Assembly: GCF_026571515.1 (NCBI RefSeq)
Contig: NW_026852589.1
Coordinates: 1-64,000 of the forward strand
Length of the DNA stretch: 64,000 nt
Direction: 5' to 3'
Source: Ruditapes philippinarum
Lineage: Eukaryota
A program made the translations under genes and the position numbers. The notes under the pieces were generated by a model. The model did not search any database, was not told the origin of the DNA, and saw only the letters and a program-made list of their open reading frames with translations. Positions 52,591-64,000 of the stretch are shown here, piece after piece (the first letter of the stretch is position 1; each line of letters opens with the position of its first letter).

Positions 52591-55500
52591 GGCGACTTAA
52601 TGTGTTGATCTTAACACTTTTTGAATAACGAAATTACAAACCAGGTATTTTCGGCGGGGATAATCTAAAAAATATATTGAGGTAAAAAATGATTCATTAT
52701 TCGTTTTTTTTTTTAATTCCATTTGAAACATTTCACAAATATTAAATTTCAAATGAATAGTCAATATTATGAACCCTATGAATTTGTTTCTCTTCAACAA
52801 CAAAAATATTGATTTAAGATTTAAAAATACTTCAAGCCAGGGCCATTTCCGAGGATGAGTTCATTTTCTTGTATTTCACTGGTGTTACTGCTTGTAAAGG
52901 AAGTGTGATGTATTCAAAATAATCTTTCTTGTTTTGCTCTATAATTTCAAATAAGATGTGTTTATTTTCAATATATCATTCTTGTTTATTTATTAAATAT
53001 TTCGGTTTGTTGAATTTATTTATTTTACTATATTCTTCATAATGTAAAGATTTCATTTACATTTTGCACTATTCATTTTTGGAATCAAATTAGTTTCAAT
53101 ATGAATAGTGTGTGACAAAATAAAGCATACTTAATAAATAAAGTACTTTTTAAGAGGTTAAACGCAAATAGGTTTCGTAAAAGTACATTAAACAATATCA
53201 CACCAAATTAACCACAATTTGTTCAACATGACCCGTTCCAGAAAAAAGAAACAGCTATTGTTCAATGATGCAAAACATTTTAAGCAATCCAATTTGTATG
53301 TTAATGCACGAAGTAAAGGTCAGCAATTTCTCCGTGTCAATGACAGGAGTATTTACTAAATAAATGATATTGTTCAAATCAAACTACGTCGAAACGTCAT
53401 AAAAGTGGCGCAAAATTAACGGTATATTATTGAGAAACAAAAAAAAGCATAGAAACGATAGTGAATTGCTCTATGGTACTGTACAGCCGACCGATTTAAA
53501 GCAGTGTTACGTAAAACAAACATCAATTGTTTATTACAAATTGATACAGTGTTCTTATATATTATGTTAAAGATACAAAGAAAAAAAGGCGATTTATTGT
53601 TAACATATATTGCCCGCTTTAAAATGCTTGGATAATAAAAACTTCTGCGTTTTCGTCTGTTTATTTAGGGTGTGTTGGCATGAACAAAAGTGAATCGGAC
53701 AACTCTTTTAGCCTTGAACGAAATATCACATACGCAAGGTCCATATACATGACATTAACCTGATCATCATACATGTTCAATAATTGTATGATTTTTTTCG
53801 ATATATATATTGTTTTATTTCTTGTTTTTTTTTCTGTTCTTAATGGCCAAGCACCTTTAAACACAACGTTAAAATAAATTTAAAAAACACTTAAAGTGGC
53901 AGCAGCATTAGTTAAATATCATTTTGTCTCTGTTACACATCATTTATTAAGTGAACATTGAACATTAAGAACCTTTATTTCCCTTGCAATTTACATATTT
54001 GATTATAAGTATTACTTTCATTCGTAACTTGTGTGATAAAAAGGATTTTGATTACATCAATTTACATTTTTGAGTAGCGATCTTATTAAAATTTTGTTTT
54101 TAAGTTGTTTTGAATGCTATCAGTCTAGTAATTTCTTATACTGGTTTTACTTTGTTGTTTTCTGGCATATAATATAACTTTATTGAATTCTTCGAAAAAT
54201 AAGAACAACTTTGTTCAAAGTAATTATAACATTAGACATTTAATTAGAATTTTCTCTTCAAATACCTTTTTTTCTTTGGTAGCAAATCTGTATATATCAA
54301 ATATTTATAAATGAAAACTTATTTCTTTAAAGACCTCTCTTCCCTATATGTATGTATATGTATGTTGTTCCACGAAAATGTTTTTATTATTTTTATCAAT
54401 GATGTCAATATATGATGATGTGTATTTTTATTTACTGTTCTTAATGTCTTTTAGATATTGTACAACGTCGTTGAATATTTTTTGGACGTAACAATAAGCG
54501 TTTAATCAAATTTTTCAAGTTTCAAGTTTATACGAATTTTAGAAATGACGGTATTCAAATCTTTTACTTTTGATTCTGCGTAACTCTGATCATGTGAATG
54601 TTAGCAGTTTTAGATGAATTTAACATTTATAGATTTCATCCTAGTGACTCTAAAACCGATTGGATTGAAATATTACAGGATTGATTGGTACATCAAGTAT
54701 TTGTGCGTGTTACAAGGTGTTTCAAGTTGAATGATTGTTGACTAAGTTTTTGCTCTTAAATAAAGAAAGCGCTATGGCTTGTGGATGAGTTTTGTGGCTC
54801 CTCCTACAAAGTTGCTACAAAATGCTACATAGTAGCCGAAACGAACTGGACATAACCTGGTCAATCATAAATAAACACAACTGGCTTTTGACTATCATCA
54901 GGCGACACATTATATCAATGATGGCTGTTGTTGTATTTCGACCTACAGCTATGGAATAAATATCATTTGTTTAGTTCCATACGCAAATTAATTATAAGAC
55001 TTTGATAATGACTTCGTCCTTTTCTTATTCATTTCTATCCTTGTCATATCATAGCTTTTGAATTAAATGACCCTCTTAATATAACATTTCAATATCGATT
55101 TATCTGCACAACTGACAATGGTGTATTTCACAGCAATGGAATAATATTAATAAGTAATTATGCCATTAAAGCTTATATTTATAAATAAAAAAGGTCTATT
55201 TTAATGTATTCTTTTTATTCAGCTGTCAAGCAGTCAACTTACTAAACGAGTTTTTATAAATTTATTTTTCATTTTCATCGACGGTCGAAGACAAATGTCT
55301 ATAGGCTGACATTTTGTAAACAAGCATTTAAAGACATTGCATCCATAGTATCACTAAATGTAATTCATACGTCAAGAGGAAGCATTTGAAAATATTTTCC
55401 AGTGTAGTTCAGTAGTGGAGGTATACAATAAATTGCTATGTCGCTTAAATTTAATTACAAATACATGTTAAAATGTTCTATTGAAATATGTTAACATTTT

Positions 55501-55734
55501 AGATCTATCGTGAGAAAGACGATGTGGTTACCTTTTGAAAGCGACTTTAGTTTTTCGTCGAATCTATTAAGTACAAAAACGCATTTAAAACTTTTTTTTA
55601 ATCGCTATACATACGACTTTTGGCAAACTACTAGTGTCGTATAACACTAGAAGAGAGCACTTGAAATAAGATTCAGCTATTTTTATTGAGTATACCAGCT
55701 TTGCTTAGCTTCACCACAGACTTAGATAAAATAT

Positions 55735-56300
55735 TGGCGATCCGTGCAAAATAATACAGCTTCCTTTAAAAATGTATCAATTAATAATTTATTGCAAGCA
55801 ATTTAATTGTAAAATAATAAAATTATTTTTGCAATCTCTTCTATCTTATTCATGAGTCCTTGCAAAAAAACAAAAACTGTAACAGCTGCCACATTGACTT
55901 TATTGTTGATTTATTACAATGTCAATGTATGTAAATCGGTAAATGTGGACAATTCTAGACTAGTAAGATGTATCTGTTGTTGAGACAAGCAATAACACTG
56001 AATGCATTCGTAATGAGGATGTTGTTTATATGTCAAGGAACAAAACTGACAACACTATGATGACATTTTGTTATTATAAAGATTGGCATGGCAGGCATAT
56101 AATATAGTCGTGGCAAACATATAAAATAATACATGATATCTGGCTAGTAAATATAATAACACAATCGCGAATACAGAATCTAACAGAGCATGAATACAAT
56201 GAATATAAGGAAGAGGAAAATGAAAAGAGAGAAGAAAACTCAATCAAACATATGTAATTTGCAACTGCTTTATTCACTATAATCATTGGACATTGTCAAG
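55735..56300 (+). repeat. Left arm of a diverged inverted repeat
   Basis: Reverse complement of 60215-60810, e.g. GACTAGTAAGATGTATCTGTTGTT vs AACAACAGATACATCTTACTAGTC, and GCAATTTAATTGTAAAATAATAAAA vs TTTTATTATTTTACAATTAAATTGC. Confidence 0.9.
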
Positions 56301-56871
56301 AAAAAATATCTACATTATTTTGCAATTCTGTACTGATTGCACCGAGACTATTTCCCGTTCTTTAATAAAATAAAATATTTTCTATTTGCGAAAGCTAATT
56401 TAAAAACAAATTTCTAAAATAAAACTTTATAGGAATGTAAATAAGGTTTTCTTTAAATGGGTACCATTTCTCGAAATTGTTTTTACTTCTTAAACAATTT
56501 ATCAAATAAGAAAATAATAGAGAACTTGTTAATAATGTTACCAGTAGTATCACGGCTTCAACATATTTTTGTACAAAACATATTGTTTGCATTTCTTATT
56601 TCTTATCATCATTTATTAATTGACAGCGAAGTGTGTATGCAATGCAGAGAAAAGAATGAGCAGAAAACTAAAAAAAAAATCTTCAAGTGTGCTTAAAAAA
56701 TAATTTTCGACAATTCTGAGAATAATCAACTTTAACTAAAAGCAAATTTCACTATTCAAATTTCCTGATTAATTGAAGGATTTTGCCAGCGTCGTCTATG
56801 GACTTTTCATGTGAAAAACCTATCTAGCTAGCTAACACAGTGTCAGTTGTTCTACTAAGGTGCTAATGTGT

Positions 56872-56990
56872 GCAGGAAATTATGTACAGAGGGACACCAG
56901 AGAGACACAAGAGGTCTTCCTCCACAAGGAAATCTGCTTAGTCGTCATGTGGTCTATACTGTGTTGGTTAACGTTGACCCCGCCACCACT
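56872..56990 (+). mobile_element. Old, degraded SINE 3' fragment
   Basis: GAAATTATGTACAGAGGGACACC..GAGGTCTTCCTCCAC...GTCGTCATGTGGTCTATACTGTGTTGG matches the SINE tail. Confidence 0.7.
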
Positions 56991-59900
56991 CCGCATACAC
57001 AAACATACACAGAAAAAGAATATGTAAATGAACAATTTAAAAATGATATAACTATGTTGAGATGACTTACTCAAATGTTAAAATAATGGTATTTACAATT
57101 CAGTAAATATATAAATGAGTGTATTTCTTATTTAGAAGCACAGCATAAACACCTTAAATAGACTAATTATCTGAATATCTATCATACAACTGTAAACAAC
57201 TTTATAATAATGTTAGACAACTTAATGGTAAAATGAATTAACAGTTAATCGTTTTGTCTAAACATCTGTTTGCAAGTTAAAATGACACGTTATCAATTTG
57301 GTAATATCCTTATAATCTCAACTTACGTGGTGTTGTAGAAACTGCAATCATGTATGAGAAATATCAATAGAGACAATCAAAAGATAACTAAAACGTGAAA
57401 GAACCAATGTGTTGCTCCTAATCATAATATAATCAACAGGACATTTTTTCATTTGTTTTACGACGATTATAAATTATTTGTGAATTCTGGAGCATTTGTG
57501 TTTTTAATTTTGCTCATATCTCAATGCTTATCGCTCGCTTGGGAAATAAAATGAACTGAGTTTAAAGAATGAACAAGTTGGTGTGAAAACTTATTCGATA
57601 GTTTTTGTATTTTTATTGTCTTGTTTGACAAAAGAAGTTCTTCACAACTTTAATGTCATAAAAGTATCGTCATTCTGTAAAATCAGTATGTTGTTAATAT
57701 TCTAATTTCTTCATAAATGCTTTTTACGACCGAATTTGATGAAACCGTTATTTCGTTATTGAACTTATTTCATGTCTTATTCTAAGAAATTCATATTTTA
57801 AAGTTTAGTTATAATTGTGCCACATCCCCCTTTTCCTCTACCATACAATTTTGTTTAAAAGCAAGCGTGTATAATATTAAACAATTTTAATGTAAAATTT
57901 GTTGAGGCATGCTCTCCTTACATTTTTTCAGAAAAAAATCAACAGCAAACAGTTGATTTTATTTATCACAGTACTGTTTTTAAACAAAATGGCACCCTCT
58001 GAGTTGTTAGCAAAAAAGGGAGAGAGGAATATGCATTGGTGAGGTGAGTGTATTTATTGTGTAATATATCACTTAACCGACCTTCTCTGTTAACACTAAG
58101 GGAAATCTCCGATAGTGTCAGCATTTAAAATTTCACATTTACCACATTTACGCATCGGAAAGTAAGTATTATTCGCTTCTGTTTACTATCCTTAAATATT
58201 TATCAAAATTCAAAATTTAATATTGCGCTTGAAAAATATATCGAAAATATAATAAAAATAAAGAAAGAAAGAACAAAGAAAAAAATATCAACGTATTCAA
58301 AATTTGTTATTCTTAAATTGTTTCTGCAAACGGTAAATTTAACGAATGTTACGAATGTTTACTTTTTTGTTCATCCGACTGAAAAATCCTTTGAAGAACT
58401 TTCTTATTAGAAACTTTGAGGCGAACAGAGATTTAACTATCATAACTATAGCCGAGCTATATATTTTTCTTGACGTGTTAGCTAACTTAAAGAATGAAAG
58501 GAGATCTTGATTTCAAGTGCTACTTGTTATAATATAGCACGGTATTGAGTTCAGATGCGCAGTAAAATAATCACGAAGGCCGTCGACCGTACTAAAATGT
58601 AAGGTGAGCATGCATTACCAAACTTTACATAAAAATTGTTTAATGTTATATACATTTTGTTCTTACTCAAGATCGGAGGGTAGAGGATCAGCGGGCCACA
58701 TTTTAAACAAAATGTTTAAAATATTGATTGCATAGAATAATAAAAAGGTTAAAACAGTTTCAATCACAGCCAATCGTTGACAGCTTGTTAGGAAGAAACT
58801 GATCATAGTATTAAAATATTGGTATTGATTTTACATAATGGCGAAAATTTTTATATTAAAGTTGTGAAGCACTTATTTTTGTAAACAACAGAATAAAACT
58901 GTAAAAAGATGTTGAACTAGTTTTGACAACCACTTGTTCATACTTTAAACATAGTTTATATTATTTCCCATGAGAGCTTTAAACATTGAGATATACACAA
59001 ATACTTTAGAATTCATTAATAATTCATGATCGTCGTAAAACAAATGAAAATTAATGTCCTGTTTAGTTGATTATGTTATAATTAGGAGCAGTATATTGTT
59101 ATTTTCACATTTATTCATCTTTTTATTGTCTCCATTGGTAATTCTCATACATGATTGCTTTTTTTTAATTACCCATTGATAACCTGTTATTTTAACTTGC
59201 AATTAATTTTTTAGACAAAATGAGCCTTGTTTATTCTTTTTGCCATTGGGTATTCTAACATATAAAGTTGTTTACAGATATGATAGATATAAGGATAATT
59301 TATATACTTAAAGTATAAATGCTTTGCATGAAAATTATAATTGCCCACATTAATGACATGATTAACCTGTTAGAATTGTTATTGCTAGGGCATTTGACCT
59401 AGATTTTTCAACAGTAACAATAATTATCATTTATTTTCCGGAATGTTTGATAAAGCAGGAAACTGCATCTAATGATCTGAAATGCTAAGTTAATTATTTG
59501 CAAAATTGATGTGCGAAAAGAAAATTTAAAGCATGCTAAAATCATATTTATATTTTCTTACTTTCTGTCTGCACAGTGTACATATTTCAGTGTCAACTTG
59601 GGTTGCAATCATTCCTTCTTGATCTTGTTTATAATATTTTATAAAGGAGGTAACTGGTAAACAATTTTTTTTGCAAGGGGAGTGTGCAGCGGTTTTACTA
59701 TCGGTATCAATATTTACAAATTTCTCTGTTATGTTCTTATTTGATAAAATGTTTGTGAAGCAGATTCAATTCAGTATGCAAAAAACAACAACAACAAAAA
59801 CAACTCGGCCATTGAATATTATGGTAACTTTTCTTTCACTGCTGGTTCGGTAATCATGCTGAATAAGCAGACAGATACTTGAGGAGAAATTGTAATTTAC

Positions 59901-60214
59901 TGCTATTGATTAAAATATTTTACTCAAAGATAAGCATAGTACATCTTTAAACAATATTAGTTTCTATAGATTGTAACACACTGATTCCATATAATGAGTT
60001 ATAAAAGGCTAAGTAGGATTTTGAAACTTATAATCAGGAGTTTAAAAAAAGCTTATTTAGTAAGAAATACATTCCATATTAAGAACGTTACAATTTGCTA
60101 ATGTAGAGTGTTAAAACTATTATTTTTATATTGAATAAATAAGTAGTTCATTTAGTTTACCAACCAATTAGTTCTGAATGTTGACAGAAGTAAATTGAAA
60201 ATTATAAGATATGT

Positions 60215-60810
60215 TACCTGTCTAAATGACATTAATGAAATAAAGATATTCCTTTGCTATCAATACATACTTTAAACCAAAACAAACGACGTTTAAACAG
60301 AAAAAGAACAAATGTTGTTTGAGTTTTCATCTCTCCCTATTCACTTTCTTCTACTTAATATTCATAGTGTTATGCTCTGTTAACTTCAGAAACGGCTTTA
60401 AATGCGATTATGTTATTTTTTTACTGGCCAGATATCTATTTTTGCATATGTTTTCCACGACTAAATTATGTGCCTGCTATGTCAATCTTTATAACAACAA
60501 TATGTCATCATATTGTTGTCTGTTGCGTTCTATGAGCACCCACGACATATTAATAACCTCATTAATCTGTATTCATTAAATGTTATTGCATGTCTTAACA
60601 ACAGATACATCTTACTAGTCTATCATTGTTCAAATTTACATTTATATTGTAATGAACATACAAACAATGCGACAACTGTAAAAGTGGAAGCATTTATAAG
60701 ACAGAGAAGTTTGCATCATTAATTTTATTATTTTACAATTAAATTGCTACCAATATATGTAACACTGTTCCATTTTTAAAAGCGTATATATTAGATTGCA
60801 CGTGATATTC
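60215..60810 (-). repeat. Right arm of the diverged inverted repeat
   Basis: See 55735-56300. The spacer between arms is about 3.9 kb. Confidence 0.9.
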
Positions 60811-63800
60811 TATATTACAATGATCTAACAAACAGCTGAAATGTAATGTGACTTAATTGAAAATCACTTTAATTGTTATTACTCGCGATTGTAAATATAC
60901 AATTGGATCCGTTTTACCTTTGTCATGATGATCTAACTAATTCTTGTTCAAATGACAATATTAAAACAGCCTTGGATTAAATTCGGATTATGTAGGTTGA
61001 AGCATCAGGTTTTGTTTTATCATATGTTATTGCATCAAATACATGCCAAATATACAAATGATGAGTATATAATAAATAGCCAAAGGTACGACAACAAAAT
61101 CTACCAACATAAGAGTTAGTTCTTCCGAGCAATGGATAACTTGCCGTCTTCCCAATTAATAACGTTAACAAGACTGGATATTTGAAATAAAATGTTTCAA
61201 TTTCGTTTATGTCTATTTAATACTGATTCTATATCATTCGAAATGTCTCTGGTATATAAGTATTGCCATGCTGTAATCATTCATCCTAATTTATTAATTC
61301 AAATGAAATCTTCATGCATTCATAAACTTAATATATTACTTTACTCTGGTTTTGAATCTGCAAAAATGTCATTCATTTATTATTTGATATTAAGGCAATA
61401 TTGTTTGACTAATATAAATTCTCTTATTCCGAACTTTAAAATATAATTTATGAAAAGAAAAATATCACAACCATCATAGATGTCATGACTAAGATACTTA
61501 AGATTGTGATATAAAATGTTGAAACATACATTGACATCGCACATGAATTTTCTCCTATAATCAAATCAGAAAAACATATAATATTGTCATCAAGAAAACA
61601 GACTGAGTATTGACGGTATGATCATAGAATCATTCACCTTAATGTTAACGTTCAAACTTATTTGTGTAAGAAATAAGAATAATAGCATTACCAGAATAAT
61701 CTGTTAAATATCTGTGGCATCAGTATCTTGAACAAATTGTTTTTAATTCGGCTTAATCGAGTTAGATGTACTTTTACAAAACAAATTTGTGTGCTTATTA
61801 CATGTTTTTTTTTAATTTGGTTAAGCTTTTGTTTTAAAAGATACGGTAATTGAAATGTAAAGAACATTAAATTACATACATATACCAATAGAATTACCAG
61901 GAATATTGATATATGAAAATGAAATATAATACAAAGTGTATAGTTAACGCAGTAATCTGAGTAATTTATCAGAAACAAAGTTAGCTGTTAAATTCATTGT
62001 CACTAAAAGTTAAAAAAATATAAATAAAAAAAAAATATAAAGCTAAGTCCGTAATTCTGATGAAACAAAAAAAAACACAAAAATATAACATATACTGATA
62101 ACATTAAAACGTGTTGTGTTGAAAGACCTTGCAGGATAAGTTTGCTTACATACGGCGTGACATTTAAAACAGGTCACAGAACAATTATAAACACTGCTGT
62201 GATATAATTAATAATAAACCAAGAAACAATGGTTTTATTGAACGAGTCCATGGACACCAATGGTATTTGAAATCTACCTTCGATCGGGTTATTTGCAGTT
62301 GTTGTAAATTATAGGTAAACTAATTTTTAAAAGCGAAATCAATATAGAACAAAAAGATGCTGGCGGAAACAGACCTGGTGTACAATATTTTAAAGCGCCG
62401 TGCAACATTTAAACATGAATGTTTTGCTTACAACAAACTCAGTTTTGTTCTTAAAAACACTAACTGTAAAAATTACGGAAGTAATTTGTTATTAAATTAA
62501 AAGTGAATAAACTGCTTCCGATTGATTGCCCTCTGAATAATTCCACAACTGTTTCAATGACAGGCAAATTTGATTCTCATCTTTTTCTACAGTACACATG
62601 ACGATATTTCTAAAAGTCGGTTATTTTATTCTATTTGATCAGATTACATGTACAAAACTTAGTACAAAAACACATTTAAACTTGGAAAGAACATAGAATT
62701 ATACTACTTCTAACGTTGTACCATTCCGATGCAACTCTATACTTTTTCTAGAAAATGAAGGCATAAATTAAAATTATTTTATATCCATTTCGAAACGAAC
62801 TGATACATTATTTCATTTAAACACATTTATATGTTTTAAAAATATATCAATCGAAAATAAACAGCTTTTTGATTTGACATTTCATGCAATATAAAATGTT
62901 GCTAGATGATATGTACAATTAAAAGGTTCTTTGCAAACGTACAGTAATTAAAACGATACAATAATATACCTTATCATATTTCACCATACGCACTTTAATA
63001 TTTTTCTTGCTGTTACGCTTTGGTTCTGTAAGCAACTACACTACACTACCATTCACTGTACAAAAAACCTATTTTACATTTCATGCTTGGCTACGCAACA
63101 CTTATCCCACTACATTAAATGACAAAAATTCATACAATGCTTCACAACACAAAACCTGCACTACACATAAGTGTGCTTTATTGTACAGTCCCGTGATTTT
63201 GTTACCTTACACATGTTTTTCTTGTCTATATATTAAGTGTTTAATTGTGTATGCTACTTGCATAGCTTGTGCTATCATGTGTAATGGTCTTCAAAGTTAT
63301 GCAAATTTATGATGCTCTTTGCTTACACTTAAATTATTCGCATCTTATATCAACTGATATTTCTAATTTCTGTTCAACAATAACAACAGGTATTAGAACG
63401 TCCGCTCCTTAGCTTAGTTTGTCTATGTTTAGACCAGTGTCTGGCTGGTTGCCTCGTCAATGATCATTTGTAACATATTGTCTTTTCTATATAATTTCAT
63501 TTACTTACTATTGGTTTATTTAATGACGTGATTAACACCTTGATATTTTTTATCTTCCACAGCAACAATAACACCAGGCAACAGTTATTTCATTGCAAAA
63601 CAAATGAATATTCATGTTGCTGTCACTTCTACTTCTTTCTTATCCATCTTACATCATATTTATTGTAAATTTTAACGAGGCGCTAGAGACATCTGCTAAG
63701 GCTTCAGTTTTAATCAATGAATACGAAATATATGTAAGTGTCTTGTGAATATAAAAACAACATAGAACCATAAAAAAGAAGCTGTCTATTGAGACATGGT

Positions 63801-64000
63801 TTTGTTGTTTTAAATGAAGAAAATTATTTTTAATCAAGTCGGCACGTCACAAGTTAATTAGGCGATATTTTTTTATTGCAGTTATGCAGTTCGTGCCACA
63901 TCAGATAAAAATATATGATACAGTTACATGCTTTGAATACAAAAAGGACATGCCATTATATAATCAATTCTGCTGGATGTCCGTAACAAAATAGTAAAAA

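Noticed and set aside
56055-60579. ORFs 56055-56243(-) and 60319-60579(+) share LLARY..MF.TT.L.AC..NLYNN.MSS, like a small paralogous gene pair
   Set aside because: The similarity comes from the inverted repeat. Both start at TTG, and the upstream parts match in different frames (CSV..D.VI appears in the other ORF, 56074-56286), so the frame is not conserved.
8190-61800. CRISPR-like or satellite reading of the 120-bp motif; known miRNA cluster
   Set aside because: The copies are kilobases apart, irregularly spaced and diverged, and the context is eukaryotic. I recognised no conserved mature miRNA (e.g. miR-10, let-7) by eye.

Overview
This is AT-rich eukaryotic (metazoan) genomic DNA. The repeat content (a HINE/Helentron-type element with GGTCAAGGTC cores, a tRNA-derived SINE, and TTAA- and TA-site MITEs) points to a bivalve, most likely an oyster; that is an inference. 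I find no intact protein-coding gene, and the supplied ORFs look like background. The main structure is nested duplication. A roughly 20 kb unit (about 2.0-21.8 kb) is repeated in tandem as a roughly 27 kb copy (about 24.3-51.8 kb). Each unit is itself built from two older paralogous modules (A and B). A roughly 120-bp motif recurs at least 10 times, once inverted. Comparing the two copies exposes clean empty and filled transposon sites: a CACGGTG-ended element with a 5-bp TSD, 81-bp TIRs and a decayed coding remnant; a 2.9-kb element at an ATAT/TA site; a HINE; a Kolobok-like TTAA element; and a MITE carrying a tRNA-like segment. Several non-coding islands are much better conserved than their flanks. 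The region 33.4-36.8 kb contains homopolymer-inflated, low-quality sequence that is probably an assembly artefact, and there is a 136-N gap. All identities were judged by eye.
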